A stretch of 64,000 bases of DNA from Thermodesulfobacteriota bacterium (GTDB taxonomy: Bacteria > Desulfobacterota_D > UBA1144 > Nemesobacterales > CSP1-2). The notes under the pieces were generated by a model. The model did not search any database, had not been told where the DNA came from, and worked only from the letters and a program-made list of their open reading frames with translations. Positions 40,555-52,077 of this stretch are shown here, piece after piece (position 1 is the stretch's first letter; each line of letters begins with the position of its first letter). The position numbers and the translations under genes were made by a program. The DNA lies in contig DASWID010000101.1 in the NCBI GenBank assembly GCA_036397855.1, positions 289 to 64,288 of the forward strand. Reading direction: 5' to 3'.

Positions 40555-43266
40555 ATGAATAAAAATGTTCTATATCTTATCGATGGCAGCTCCTACATAT
40601 TTAGAGCATATCATGCCATCAGAAAACTGAGTAATTCAAAGGGATTTCCTACAAACGCTATATACGGGTTTACAAACATGATTTTCAGGTTTCTAAAGGA
40701 TTATGAGCCCGAGTATCTCGGAATTGTTTTTGATTCAAAGGGGAAGACGTTCAGGGACGAAATCTACCCGCTTTACAAAGCCAACAGGGAAGAGCCACCT
40801 GATGATCTCAAGCAACAGTTTCCAAAGATTTTTGAGGTGGTCGATGCGTTGGCCATACCGAAGTTTCAACTAGAGGGTTATGAAGCGGACGATCTTATAG
40901 GAACAATAACAAGGGATTCGGTGAATAAGGGCGTAAGGGTTGTACTCGTTACCGGAGATAAGGACTTCAGCCAGCTTGTTTCAGAGACTGTTACACTCAT
41001 CGATACTATGAGAAATAAAGAAACTGGTTATAAAGATGTTCTCGAAAGATTTGGTGTTCCACCTGAAAAGGTAACGGATGTCTTTGCCCTTTCCGGAGAC
41101 TCTATTGACAATATTCCGGGTGTGAAGGGTATCGGTGAAAAAACTGCAAAGGAGCTGATCAGTAAATATGGGTCTTTAGAAGGTTTATTTGATAACCTTG
41201 ATAAACTGAGCAAGAGGCAAAAGGAGCTCATAGAAAAAAATACAGAGAATGCAATGCTGAGTAAAAGGCTTGTAACCATCAAAACCGATGTTCCCATAAA
41301 ATTCAGTCTCGAGGATTTTAGATTTCGAGGTATTGATAAGGGCAGGCTTGGAAAGCTTTTTGACGAGCTGGAGTTCAAATCCTTACTGCGTGAACTAGGC
41401 GAGATCGATAATTCTGCTGTGGAAAAATCTAAGAATAATAATATCAAAAGTGAAGTTTATTACGATAACTATCGTCTGGTGTTGTCTGACGATGACCTGG
41501 CGAAAGTAATTGATCGAATAAAAGAGGGGGGAGAGGTCTCCATAGATCTTGAGACTACATCTCCGGAGCCTATGAGGGCTAAAATCGTCGGGGTTTCCCT
41601 TTCTACTGCATCGCATGAGGCTTGCTATGTACCCGTCGCTCACAGGTCTCTAGTCGATTCCAGACAACAATTAAGTCTTGATCATGTTCTTGAACGGCTG
41701 AAATCAATCGTTGAAGATGAGAGAGTCAATAAAATAGGTCAGAACCTGAAATACGATTATATTGTCCTCGAAAAATATGGATTAAGACTTCGGGGAATCA
41801 TCTGTGATACCATGATTGCGGCGCATCTACTGGATTCTTCCAGGATGAGCTATAGCTTAGATGAGCTTGCGAAGATCTACCTTGGTCATAACACAATTAC
41901 CTATAAAGACCTCACAGGGTCCGGAAGGAGTAAGATTGATTTTGAAGAGGTGGAGTTGGAGAAGGCTAAGGTGTATGCCTGCGAGGATGCCGATGTTGCT
42001 ATGTTACTCTTCAAAAAACTCGTTCCATTACTTCAAGAACTTAACCTGATAAAGGTTTTCAAAGAAGTTTATCTTAGGTTAATTGAGGTTCTCGCAAGGG
42101 TGGAAATTAATGGTGTAAAAGTAGACTCCTCTCGTTTAAAGGAATTATCTATGGAGTTCCAAGCTGGACTGGAAAGCCTGGCAAGTGACATATACTCCCA
42201 GGTTGGATATGAGTTTAACTTGAATTCTCCCATCCAGTTAAGGGAGGTATTATTTGGTAAACTGGTTTTGCCCAAGAAAAAGCTCACAAGGACTGGCGAA
42301 CCTTCTACCGATGTCGATGTGCTTAATGACCTAAGCAGACTGCATCCGGTTCCCGAGAGAATACTCGAATTCAGGGGGCTCTCAAAGCTTAAATCAACCT
42401 ACGTGGATGCGTTGCCGAAGCTCATCAACCCCGAAACGGGAAGAATACATACCTCTTTCAACCAGGTGGGAACCTCCACGGGGAGGGTCAGTTCTAGCGA
42501 TCCTAATCTGCAAAACATTCCTATAAGATCCGAGGAAGGCAAGAGGATCAGGGAAGCCTTTGTTCCCGAAGAGGGGTTCATACTTCTATCGGCAGATTAT
42601 TCGCAAATAGAGCTGAGGCTCCTTGCGCATTTCTCTGGTGATGAGGGGCTTCGGAATGCATTTAAAGCTGGAAGCGATATCCACAATCGAACTGCTTCTG
42701 AGATCTTTGGCGTCCCTGAAGATATGGTAACCCCTGATATGAGAAGACTTTCAAAGAATATCAACTTCGGGATTATCTATGGAATAAGCGCCTTCGGGCT
42801 CGCGAGGCAGCTTGGCACCTCGGTTTCAATAGCAAAAAACTATATGGATGAATACTTTAAGCGTTATAGCAGTGTAAAGAAATATATGGACGAATCGGTT
42901 AGAGTTGCGCAAGATAGGGGCTATGCGGAAACAATTCTTGGAAGGAGAAGGCCAATACCAGAGCTGGGATCTACCGACAGGACCGTCCGAGGTATCGGGG
43001 AAAGGACAGCCATCAACACGCCGATTCAGGGTTCTGCTGCAGACATTTTGGAAATTGCTATGGTGAAAATACATGACAAATTGGCTTCAGGCTATAAGTC
43101 CAACATGATTCTACAGGTTCATGATGAACTTTTATTTGAGGTTCATGAAGACGAACTGGATGTAATTTCGAGGATGGTAAAGGAGGAAATGGAGGGTGCC
43201 TTTACCCTTGAGGTTCCTCTGAGGGTAGATATAGGAGTGGGTAAGAGCTGGGCAGAGGCTCATTAG
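40555..43266 (+). CDS. polA: DNA polymerase I
   Basis: 5'-3' exonuclease, 3'-5' exonuclease and Pol A palm motifs (DYSQIELR, QVHDELLFE); 903 aa. Confidence 0.95.
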   Translation: MNKNVLYLIDGSSYIFRAYHAIRKLSNSKGFPTNAIYGFTNMIFRFLKDYEPEYLGIVFDSKGKTFRDEIYPLYKANREEPPDDLKQQFPKIFEVVDALAIPKFQLEGYEADDLIGTITRDSVNKGVRVVLVTGDKDFSQLVSETVTLIDTMRNKETGYKDVLERFGVPPEKVTDVFALSGDSIDNIPGVKGIGEKTAKELISKYGSLEGLFDNLDKLSKRQKELIEKNTENAMLSKRLVTIKTDVPIKFSLEDFRFRGIDKGRLGKLFDELEFKSLLRELGEIDNSAVEKSKNNNIKSEVYYDNYRLVLSDDDLAKVIDRIKEGGEVSIDLETTSPEPMRAKIVGVSLSTASHEACYVPVAHRSLVDSRQQLSLDHVLERLKSIVEDERVNKIGQNLKYDYIVLEKYGLRLRGIICDTMIAAHLLDSSRMSYSLDELAKIYLGHNTITYKDLTGSGRSKIDFEEVELEKAKVYACEDADVAMLLFKKLVPLLQELNLIKVFKEVYLRLIEVLARVEINGVKVDSSRLKELSMEFQAGLESLASDIYSQVGYEFNLNSPIQLREVLFGKLVLPKKKLTRTGEPSTDVDVLNDLSRLHPVPERILEFRGLSKLKSTYVDALPKLINPETGRIHTSFNQVGTSTGRVSSSDPNLQNIPIRSEEGKRIREAFVPEEGFILLSADYSQIELRLLAHFSGDEGLRNAFKAGSDIHNRTASEIFGVPEDMVTPDMRRLSKNINFGIIYGISAFGLARQLGTSVSIAKNYMDEYFKRYSSVKKYMDESVRVAQDRGYAETILGRRRPIPELGSTDRTVRGIGERTAINTPIQGSAADILEIAMVKIHDKLASGYKSNMILQVHDELLFEVHEDELDVISRMVKEEMEGAFTLEVPLRVDIGVGKSWAEAH

Positions 43267-43788
43267 TCATCAATGTATAAGCCAGATATTTCGAGGACAG
43301 ATCCTAAAAAGGATTAGCCTTACTTAATTTGTTTTTCTTTTTTACCTTCTTTGTCTTGATACAAAGAAGCAAAGATCAAGGCTGTCCAAAAATTTGCTAA
43401 AAATCATACACTCCGACTAAAAAATTTAATCCAACCGCGACCCGCAAATTTTTTTTAACGTCTTCGTTTCTGATTTTCTTAACGCAATTTTTGGAAGGCC
43501 GATAAAACAATAAACGTCATTCAAGTCATTGCGAAATTTGTGAAGCAACTTGAAGCAATCTCCTGCCCTTCCCGTGTTTGAGATTGCTTGGTTCCCTTCG
43601 ACCTAGCTCAGGTTTCCTTGCGATGATAACAAGAAGAAGCTATTGGCGATATAAGACATTAGCTTTGTCAACAAAATAAAAAAAAATAAAAAAATATCTG
43701 GACATTTAAAAATAACAGGTATAAAATGAAGAGGTCTTGATATAGTTTTTAATCTGAAGTTGGAGGGTGGAGACTTCCATATAAAATT

Positions 43789-45222
43789 TTGATGAGAAGA
43801 TTCATTTTCACATCCCTACATCTTGTTCTAGTTCTTATTGTCAGCCATATCGCCTTTTCAGCGAATCTCGGATACTCGGATAGGCTTTTCATATTAATTC
43901 CAAAGGAGGCGAGGAGTAACGGAAAACTCGGCGTAGTTGTGAAATCCTTGACAACAAATGAAAGCATATTCGAGTTTAATGCGGATAAACTATTCATCCC
44001 CGCTTCAAATCAAAAGGTAATAATTTCGGTCGCGGCGCTATCTTTACTGAAACCGGACTACAGGTTTACAACGGAGTTTTATTCAGGCGGTGAAGTCTCT
44101 GACGGGGTCCTCCATGGAGGACTCTACGTTAAGGGTTACGGAGACCCAACGTTGGAAAGGGATAATCTGGTTTTCATAGCGAATCAGATTAAGATGATGG
44201 GGATTAAAGAAATCAGGGGAGGAATTATAGTCGATGATTCGTACTTTGAGACGGTTCGATTCGGGAAGGGCTGGAAGTCGATATGGAGGGGTGATGCATT
44301 TAGCCCTCCTATCAGTGCGTTAACCTTAAATCACAATACATTCGAGATTCACGTTTCTCCTTCAAGGTCCGGAGGTACACCATACATAAGGCTCGATCCA
44401 CCTGGTTCGTATATTCAGGTCTTTAACAAGGCTGTTACTAGTAGCAGAAAGGGTGGACTATCGGCGCACTGGGTGGACGGCAGTAATGCCGTAGTTCTCA
44501 ATGGACGAATCTCCCCACGCAGAACTTCACAGGCTTTAGAACTAGCCGTGGTTGACCCCACTCTCTATACGGGTGGTGTATTTAAGAGGGCCCTTGAGGA
44601 TTCGGGTATAAAAGTAAGCGGTGCAGTTAGTAAAGGCATAGTTCCTAAGTGGGGCAACCCAGTATATACTCATAATTCAATTCCGCTTGCTTTAGTTGTT
44701 AATGAATATAACAAGGAGAGTGTTAATGTCATCGGTGAGAATTTAATTAAAACCCTTGGTGCTCATTTTAAAGGGTCACCGGGTTCATGGGAGACGGGCG
44801 CCCAGGTGATTTCGGATTTTCTCGTAGGCATTGGAGTCGATAATGATTTCAGAATCGTTGACGGGTCGGGTCTCTCGAACCTAAACCGTGTCTCTCCAAA
44901 AACGATGACCGATGTTCTGCAATACGCCTACACAAATAAACTCATAGGTCCCGATTTTGTTAAATCCCTTCCAATAGCAGGGGTGGATGGTACTCTGAAA
45001 AAAAGATTTAAAAGCTCAGTATTGGAGGGAAGGGTCTTTGCCAAAACAGGTTATATAAATAATGTAAGGGCGCTATCTGGTTATGCGTTGACAAGAAGCG
45101 GTGACGTTCTGGCGTTTTCAATTCTATCTAATGGTATCGGGCCACAGGTAAAGACGTTTCAGAGCAATATTCTTACGGAGCTTATGGACTGTTGTAGGAG
45201 TACTGCCTATAGGGGCAATTAA
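43789..45222 (+). CDS. dacB: D-alanyl-D-alanine carboxypeptidase/endopeptidase (PBP4 family)
   Basis: SxxK (ASNQK), SxN and KTG boxes; signal peptide. Confidence 0.8.
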   Translation: MMRRFIFTSLHLVLVLIVSHIAFSANLGYSDRLFILIPKEARSNGKLGVVVKSLTTNESIFEFNADKLFIPASNQKVIISVAALSLLKPDYRFTTEFYSGGEVSDGVLHGGLYVKGYGDPTLERDNLVFIANQIKMMGIKEIRGGIIVDDSYFETVRFGKGWKSIWRGDAFSPPISALTLNHNTFEIHVSPSRSGGTPYIRLDPPGSYIQVFNKAVTSSRKGGLSAHWVDGSNAVVLNGRISPRRTSQALELAVVDPTLYTGGVFKRALEDSGIKVSGAVSKGIVPKWGNPVYTHNSIPLALVVNEYNKESVNVIGENLIKTLGAHFKGSPGSWETGAQVISDFLVGIGVDNDFRIVDGSGLSNLNRVSPKTMTDVLQYAYTNKLIGPDFVKSLPIAGVDGTLKKRFKSSVLEGRVFAKTGYINNVRALSGYALTRSGDVLAFSILSNGIGPQVKTFQSNILTELMDCCRSTAYRGN

Positions 45223-45263
45223 GTGATATGTGCATATAGACAACATATCACTATTACAGTGTT

Positions 45264-47684
45264 TTATCTATTCTCAATTTGGACTTGATCCAGCAGCTGC
45301 CGCAATGAAGGGTCTTTTGGCGAAAGCTCGATAAGTCTTTCAGCATAATCTTCAGCTGCTTCAAGATTCCCGCTATCCCGATTAAAAGTCACAAGAGCAT
45401 ATAATATCTCTCGATCGTTTGGATGGCGATCATGGGTCTCTTTGAGAAATTCTATTGCCTCCTTTCTCTTGCCCTCGGTATTTAGAGCCACGGCGTAAAC
45501 GAAGCTATAATGGGGATTCTCAGGGCTCAGTTTTGCTGATTGTTTTAAAGCCTCTAACGCCTCACTTAATCTCTTTTGTCGAACTAGGAGAAGACCAAGT
45601 GCATGGTATACATCGGCGTTTTGGGGGGCAATCTTCTGCGCTTCAAGCAATAATTCTTCTCCCTGACTATCCCTTCCTTCCAGGCGGTATAGGTCAGCGA
45701 GATTTACATAAGCCTGAACAAAAGAAGGTTGTATTTCCAAAGCCTTTCGATACTCTGACTCTGACTCCTTAAACTTACCGAGTTCTGCGAAAAGAATTCC
45801 TATATTCATATGTGCTTCAGGTCGATCAGCATCAAATCGTTGTGATGTTATGTACTCATTTAGCGAATTAGCAAGCGCGGAATTTTGTTCCAATGGTAGC
45901 TTCTCCCTTGGTACTGTTGCAAGCATTCTAGCAGCCTTTATCCGAACTGAACGTACCGGGTCGAATAACAAATGGAGCGCAAGCTGGGCCCGATCGATTG
46001 GTTGCACCCCCTCTAACGCATCAAGTGCACCTGAACGAACCATGGGATCATCATCATTAAGTCCTTTTCTGATTGTTAGGATTGATTCCGGGGTAATGTA
46101 GTAACGTAATTCCTTGAGCGCAGTTGCACGGGCAACATTAGGTTTTGAAGTGTCCCCGGCGATTTGGGATAATAACTCTTCGGCCAAAGGTGCTCCATTT
46201 CGACCTGCAAGAAGAGCTTCTGCATATGAAGGTATTTCGGTATATTCAGTCCCATACCATTTATCCATTTGCTCCGCTGCCCACTCAGGGGGGTGACCCG
46301 AATGACACTTATTGCATGCATTCGGGGTACCCAGCGTGATCGAAAGGTCCGGTCTAGGTATGCGAATACTGTGATCATATCGCCGGTCAATGACCATGTA
46401 GGTAGTTTCCGGCATGTGGCATCCAATACAACTTGCCCCTGAAGAACCAATTTTATGGAAATGATGTGAAGAAGAGTCATACTTTGATGAAAGGTGACAT
46501 TGAGTACAAACTCCATTACCCGATTCTCGAAGCTTAAGACTGTGTGGGTCATGACAATCTGTGCATGTAACTCCTTTATGGTACATCTTACTTTGAAGAA
46601 AGGATCCGTATTCATACACCTCGTCTTTAATTTGTCCGTCAGGATAATACAAGTTTTCTTCAAGCAATGCAGGCAAATGGCTATCCATAAGCGGTTTACC
46701 GTATATGTATTCATCCCAAATTTCGCTTCGGCGGGAATGGCATCTGGCACAAATTTCAATTTCTGCACCTGTATCTTCGGGGCCACGCCTGCTGGCGTTA
46801 CCTGTAATTTGATCAATGATCCACTTTACTTCGCTATGTTTAGCAAGATTCACAACTAAGCCTTTATCTGGGATAGGGTTATATTTTTTCTGATCGTTTA
46901 TTTTCTCAGCCCACTCGACATGTGTCGAGCCAGGGCCATGGCAGGCCTCACAGGAAACATTCATCTCGGACCAAGCTGTGGTGAAGCTATGCGTTTGAGG
47001 GTCGTAGTTTTTCTTAAGATTTGTTGAATGACACTCAGCACACATGTAGTTCCAGTTCTGGTCGAGGCCCGTCCAGTGAAGGGTATCGTCGTGTGTGATT
47101 TTTTCATTCGGGTATAGATGAAACCAGCGCTGCCCACCTTCGCTTTTAGGGCGACTATCCCAGGCAATGCCTAGGGCCTGGAGCCTGCCACCCGGAAACG
47201 CAATCAGGAATTGCTGGAGAGGATAAACGCCGAAGGTGTAATTTATCTCAAAGTCTCTGAGTTTTCCATCGGGCCCATCAGTCATAACCATGAACTTGCT
47301 GTGACGCTTGTAAAACCTGGATTTGAGTCCATAGTAGGTAAACTCTTTATTATTGAAGTCGCCAAGCACAGTTTTCTCGTTTGCTTCCTGCATTGCAAGA
47401 TCATGGTCCGACCCCCTCCAGAGTTTATACCGTTCCTCATGACAGCGAGCGCAAACATCGCTTCCAACAAATGTTGCTGGTGGTATTTTTATTTTGCTAG
47501 TAATTTCGTTTTGAGGTTCATCGCTATTTTTAATTTTAAACAAAAATAATTTTATAATTGCCAGAAAACATATAATAATGACTGCTGAGAAGATAATAAG
47601 TAGTAGTGTATTGTTATTTCTATCTTTTCTTTCTCCGGTTTTTTCCCCTTTATCCCGATTTGATGGTTTTTTACCCATGATCAC
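45264..47684 (-). CDS. membrane-anchored octahaem c-type cytochrome fused to C-terminal TPR repeats
   Basis: Eight CxxCH motifs (CARCH, CAECH, CEACH, CARCH, CTDCH, CTQCH, CIGCH, CNKCH); N-terminal TM; about 250 aa of TPR-like repeats. Confidence 0.8.
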   Translation of the reverse strand: MIMGKKPSNRDKGEKTGERKDRNNNTLLLIIFSAVIIICFLAIIKLFLFKIKNSDEPQNEITSKIKIPPATFVGSDVCARCHEERYKLWRGSDHDLAMQEANEKTVLGDFNNKEFTYYGLKSRFYKRHSKFMVMTDGPDGKLRDFEINYTFGVYPLQQFLIAFPGGRLQALGIAWDSRPKSEGGQRWFHLYPNEKITHDDTLHWTGLDQNWNYMCAECHSTNLKKNYDPQTHSFTTAWSEMNVSCEACHGPGSTHVEWAEKINDQKKYNPIPDKGLVVNLAKHSEVKWIIDQITGNASRRGPEDTGAEIEICARCHSRRSEIWDEYIYGKPLMDSHLPALLEENLYYPDGQIKDEVYEYGSFLQSKMYHKGVTCTDCHDPHSLKLRESGNGVCTQCHLSSKYDSSSHHFHKIGSSGASCIGCHMPETTYMVIDRRYDHSIRIPRPDLSITLGTPNACNKCHSGHPPEWAAEQMDKWYGTEYTEIPSYAEALLAGRNGAPLAEELLSQIAGDTSKPNVARATALKELRYYITPESILTIRKGLNDDDPMVRSGALDALEGVQPIDRAQLALHLLFDPVRSVRIKAARMLATVPREKLPLEQNSALANSLNEYITSQRFDADRPEAHMNIGILFAELGKFKESESEYRKALEIQPSFVQAYVNLADLYRLEGRDSQGEELLLEAQKIAPQNADVYHALGLLLVRQKRLSEALEALKQSAKLSPENPHYSFVYAVALNTEGKRKEAIEFLKETHDRHPNDREILYALVTFNRDSGNLEAAEDYAERLIELSPKDPSLRQLLDQVQIENR

Positions 47685-47911
47685 CTAAAACCAGAACAAG
47701 GCGTTTTAAGAAATAAATTATGCAAAGCCGCTTCTTATAGTATTACCTACATTCATCCCTTTCCCGCAAGCAATTGTAGGGGCTGATGAAGGCATCAGCC
47801 CTAAAGGCTTGTTCGGGGAACGAGCCCTACATTTCTCAACAATCTTCTATGGCTAATTACTTTGTTAAAATGGCATAAAAGTAAGTTCGATTCTATAACC
47901 CTCCTCTGTTT

Positions 47912-48922
47912 TTATTGAGCAGATCCAGATTGATCTTCTCTGGATATTTCAGCGACAAACCTTTTGATGAAGAGAGTTAGCGGTATTGCCAGGATCGCTC
48001 CGATTGGGCCAAGTACCCAGCTCCAGATCATTAGCGAAAGAAATATCAATAGTATTGAGATATCCAGCCCCTGCTTCATCAACTTGGGTTTAAGGACGTT
48101 GTCAACAAGATTGTTGATGACTACAAAACCTACAATGACTATGATGGATTTTGTCCATCCAAATTCCAAAAACGCCAGCAAAGCGGGTGGTATGAATGAA
48201 ATAATACCGCCAATCGCAGGAATAAAACTCAGGAGAAATGACAGTACACCCCACAGCACAGGGAAATCAACTCCAAGTGTTACGAGTAAGATCACATTCG
48301 CAATCGCCGTGACCAGACCCATAAGGGCTGTGATAGAAACAAATTTTCTGATCTCCTTCCTGACTTCAAAAAGCCTTGCCCTTAAGGTAGCTCCAAGACT
48401 GATGTCTTGCTGAATTCTTGCCTCAAAACCGACAACCTCTACCAACATCAAAGACACAAGTATAAACAAGAATAATGAGGTACTGACCGCATTGAGGACC
48501 ACGCCGAGAAAAGCAGTGGAGATTCTGATTATGCTTCGGGGATCAAATTTATCTTTTGAGAACAAATCAGAAACATCGATGTTTAATCTATCAAACAAAG
48601 TCACAAAAGCCTTTTGGAGCTCCCCTAAACGAGACTCATATCCGGGCAAGGTCTGAACAAGACGTGAGATCGATGTACCTATAAGAGTTGCCAGAAGGAA
48701 ACCACCAAGGATTACAATCAGAATAGTTATAGCAAGGGCGAGATTTCGGGGGACACCCTTTCTAGCAATTAGTGTGACCAGAGGGGCAATACAGGTTGAG
48801 AGCAGAACTGCAAAAAGGACAAAGCCGAGAATCGAAGATGCGGCTTTCATCCCCGCCACTATGATTACGATACTTGCCGCACTGATGAGAATGCGATTAA
48901 GAGAGCTCATTCTGACATCCAT
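47912..48922 (-). CDS. AI-2E family transporter (PerM/YhhT-like)
   Basis: Eight TM helices with AI-2E conserved C-terminal blocks. Confidence 0.75.
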   Translation of the reverse strand: MDVRMSSLNRILISAASIVIIVAGMKAASSILGFVLFAVLLSTCIAPLVTLIARKGVPRNLALAITILIVILGGFLLATLIGTSISRLVQTLPGYESRLGELQKAFVTLFDRLNIDVSDLFSKDKFDPRSIIRISTAFLGVVLNAVSTSLFLFILVSLMLVEVVGFEARIQQDISLGATLRARLFEVRKEIRKFVSITALMGLVTAIANVILLVTLGVDFPVLWGVLSFLLSFIPAIGGIISFIPPALLAFLEFGWTKSIIVIVGFVVINNLVDNVLKPKLMKQGLDISILLIFLSLMIWSWVLGPIGAILAIPLTLFIKRFVAEISREDQSGSAQ

Positions 48923-49085
48923 TTCTTTTCAAATGGGAACGCCCACTTTAACCTCCTGCTCGCTAGCTTCACCGGCCCATGCCGGAACCACTGAGGCTAC
49001 CGCCGAACACATGAGCCCAATTACTGAAATTATAACTCCTACGAATCTTTTATTCATTTTCAACATCCCTAGTCTAAAAAATGTC

Positions 49086-51470
49086 TTATCGCTGAGGTTC
49101 ATTGGGCTGGGTTTCAACTGTTACTTTTTCAATCTTGCCATTAAAATGCGCTGATGCTCCGTAATCGGTTACCCAGGTAGCATCGTCAGTTCCTACATCC
49201 GCTGTTTCATCCACACCGAAAGAGTAAGCATTTGTTTGATCAATACGCCCTTCTGCTACTTTATTGCCATTCACCGTAAGAGTTCCTGCTCCGCCTGCTC
49301 CGGGTTTGACCCCATCGAATTTGAAATCAAAAACAATATTGTACTTGCCCGGTTTCAACGCTTGCGATGAAGTAACGGTGTATTCTTTCAATCCAACCCA
49401 GTTGTATGTGAAGCTTGGTTTTCCGTTTTTGAGATACAACACATATCCGCTGAATTTGCCGCCCTGGCAAAGGATAACTCCGTTTGCATTACCTGTTACC
49501 TCGACATCAGCAGTTATAGCGAACGAAGTATTCTTGGTGTTGATGAATGCGTCTGTTGACATGCCCGTCATTCCTTCATGTAGTTCAAGCTTTGTTCTTC
49601 CATTCATCAGGTCAGGTCTGCCAGCCAGCTTCGGATCAAACCGTTCAATTTTCCTGTCATCAATAGGAAGCACATGATATTTCTCGCCTTCTTTAATAAA
49701 CAGGTCCTGCAGTTCGTTAAGCTTTTGCGGGTTTTCTTCTGCCAGGTTTTTAGATAGACTGAAATCTTCGTTTGCATTGTATAAGGCCCATTCATCGTCA
49801 GCTAGCTTCGTTTTGGGCATCAAATCCCAGGGAGCTGTATGTACGGTTCTTGCAAGCCATCCATCGGAATAAATGGCGCGATTGCCAAACATTTCAAAAT
49901 ACTGAACGGTATGCCTGTCTTTGGCATTGGCATCATCAAATGTGTAAACAAGACCGGTTCCTTCTATTGGTTTCTGTTCAATACCGTTTACAATTTTCGG
50001 TGCGGGAATTTTGCATGTTTCAAAGACCGTAGGAGCGATATCAATAACATGAGAAAACTGCGAGCGAATTTGCCCTTTGGCTTTTATTCCACTGGGATAA
50101 TGAATCACCATTCCATTCCTCGTACCGCCAAAGTCGGATGCTACCTGTTTTGCCCAGCTAAACGGGCTATCGGTGGCTATTGCCCAGCCGGCAGCGAAAT
50201 GCGGATATGTGTTTGGACCTCCCCATTCGTCAATGTGAGCTAACTTATCCTGAATTGATTCATCAACTCCATTGAAGACTGTAAGCTCATTGTACAATCC
50301 TTCCATTTTCCCTTCAGCACTGGAACCATTATCACCCACGATGTAAATGAACAGGGTGTCATCGATTTCGCCCATTTCTTCAATGGCTGAAACAAGCCTG
50401 CCAATTTCATAATCGGTTTGTTCGGCAAAGCCGGCAAACACCTCCATCTGCCGGGCAAAAACTTTTTTCTCATCAGGAGAAAGCTTGTCCCAGTCTTTTA
50501 TGTCCTGGGGCTTGGGGGCCAGTTGAGTATTTTGCGGAACGATAGCCATTTTCTTCTGGCGTTCTAAAGTCTCTTCTCTCAGTTTATCCCAGCCCTGGTC
50601 GAATTTGCCCTTGTATTTGTCTGCCCATTCCTTTGATACATGATGCGGAGCATGAGTAGCACCTGTGGCAAAGTACACGAAGAAAGGTTTATCGGGAGTT
50701 AAAGCCTGCTGGAACCGCATCCATGCAATTGCCTGGTTGGTCATGTCAGTGGTGAAATGATAATTGGGATCATCGTGTGGTGGCTCAACTTTGGTTGTTC
50801 CATCATAGATGAGAGGCGCCCATTGATTGGTTTCTCCTCCGATGAAACCGTAGAACTTATCGAAACCGGAATGAGTGGGCCAGCGGTCATAAGGTCCGGA
50901 AACAGAAATTTCCCAGGGCGGAGTTTCGTGATATTTCCCGAAAGCAGCAGTGCTATAACCGTTCTGGCGAAGCACTTCGGCCATAGGCGTGATGGTCTGA
51001 GGACGAACAGCCGTGTTTCCCGGAAAAGAAGTAGCGAGTTCCATAATGGCACCTGCATTGTTGCTATGGTGATTGTAGCCCGTAAGCAATGCAGTGCGTG
51101 TGGGAGAACACAATGACGTAGTGTGAAAACGATTGTAACGTAGCCCATCGGAAGCGAGTTTATCCAATGTCGGCATGTTAATGGGTCCACCAAAAGCATT
51201 GGAAGCGCCAAAACCAATATCATCAATCAAAACAATCACCACATTCGGAGCACCCTTGGGGGCTTTCACTTCAAAGCGAGCCGGTGGTTTCGCATTGCGT
51301 GCATCCAACTCGGTATAAGTTGGCGGAGTAGGTTCTTTGATGGGTAAAACGGTGCGGTCGATCTTCTCCGAGGGAGTTGTCTTTGCTCCCATAATGCTGG
51401 GAAACACCAGAAGCACGACTGCAAATGCAGCAGCCAGTGCTGCAAGTGTAATGTTTATTTTGAATCTCAT
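49086..51470 (-). CDS. arylsulfatase with a C-terminal lectin/LamG-like extension
   Basis: Sulfatase signature C-S-P-T-R (SLCSPTRTALLTG); signal peptide; ~250-aa beta-rich C-terminal extension. Confidence 0.8.
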   Translation of the reverse strand: MRFKINITLAALAAAFAVVLLVFPSIMGAKTTPSEKIDRTVLPIKEPTPPTYTELDARNAKPPARFEVKAPKGAPNVVIVLIDDIGFGASNAFGGPINMPTLDKLASDGLRYNRFHTTSLCSPTRTALLTGYNHHSNNAGAIMELATSFPGNTAVRPQTITPMAEVLRQNGYSTAAFGKYHETPPWEISVSGPYDRWPTHSGFDKFYGFIGGETNQWAPLIYDGTTKVEPPHDDPNYHFTTDMTNQAIAWMRFQQALTPDKPFFVYFATGATHAPHHVSKEWADKYKGKFDQGWDKLREETLERQKKMAIVPQNTQLAPKPQDIKDWDKLSPDEKKVFARQMEVFAGFAEQTDYEIGRLVSAIEEMGEIDDTLFIYIVGDNGSSAEGKMEGLYNELTVFNGVDESIQDKLAHIDEWGGPNTYPHFAAGWAIATDSPFSWAKQVASDFGGTRNGMVIHYPSGIKAKGQIRSQFSHVIDIAPTVFETCKIPAPKIVNGIEQKPIEGTGLVYTFDDANAKDRHTVQYFEMFGNRAIYSDGWLARTVHTAPWDLMPKTKLADDEWALYNANEDFSLSKNLAEENPQKLNELQDLFIKEGEKYHVLPIDDRKIERFDPKLAGRPDLMNGRTKLELHEGMTGMSTDAFINTKNTSFAITADVEVTGNANGVILCQGGKFSGYVLYLKNGKPSFTYNWVGLKEYTVTSSQALKPGKYNIVFDFKFDGVKPGAGGAGTLTVNGNKVAEGRIDQTNAYSFGVDETADVGTDDATWVTDYGASAHFNGKIEKVTVETQPNEPQR

Positions 51471-51519
51471 GCTATGTCCTCCTTTCTATTTATGTCTTTG
51501 CTTTCAATGACGCAATCAC

Positions 51520-52077
51520 CTACTCATTAGGCGTGATCTTGGTTATTTTTGAACCCTGCAACCCGATACCTGCCATGAGTCCCTTCTGGTCGAAGATAAA
51601 GGCGTAAACGCCTTTCTGTAGCGTCGTCGACGACAAATTCTTGGCGAAGCCCTTGTCTAAGATGACGACGCTCGGCCCGGTACCAATCTCCCAACCCTCG
51701 CTTTTCTCTAAGTATCTCAGGGATGCATCATCCACGAAAAATAACGCGTAGCCGAATGACTGTACACCTGCCTGTAAGCCAAACGAACCCGCAATAGACC
51801 GATAGTACCCGATCGTCTTGCCCTTTTTGCGCAAGGCGCCATCGCCGTATTGACCCCCAATGATGAAGCCAGCTTTCACCATGTCCGGGAAGACAAGGAT
51901 CCCCTTTGACTGGTTTGCAAGCGTTTTCGCCCCTGGTGTCGTTTGGTAGAGCGTTTGCAACGCCGCGGTGACATTGCGGTCGATCTCGCTTGCACTGGCC
52001 GCCAGCGCGGAATGCAGTGGCAAAAGGGTGAGAATTAGTAGAAGTATTACCTGAAGTGCTCGCACGATGTTAAGCAT
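51520..52077 (-). CDS. lipid-binding SYLF (Ysc84/DUF500) domain protein
   Basis: Signal peptide and SYLF blocks; start moved to the Met preceded by an AAGGAGG RBS. Confidence 0.6.
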   Translation of the reverse strand: MLNIVRALQVILLLILTLLPLHSALAASASEIDRNVTAALQTLYQTTPGAKTLANQSKGILVFPDMVKAGFIIGGQYGDGALRKKGKTIGYYRSIAGSFGLQAGVQSFGYALFFVDDASLRYLEKSEGWEIGTGPSVVILDKGFAKNLSSTTLQKGVYAFIFDQKGLMAGIGLQGSKITKITPNE

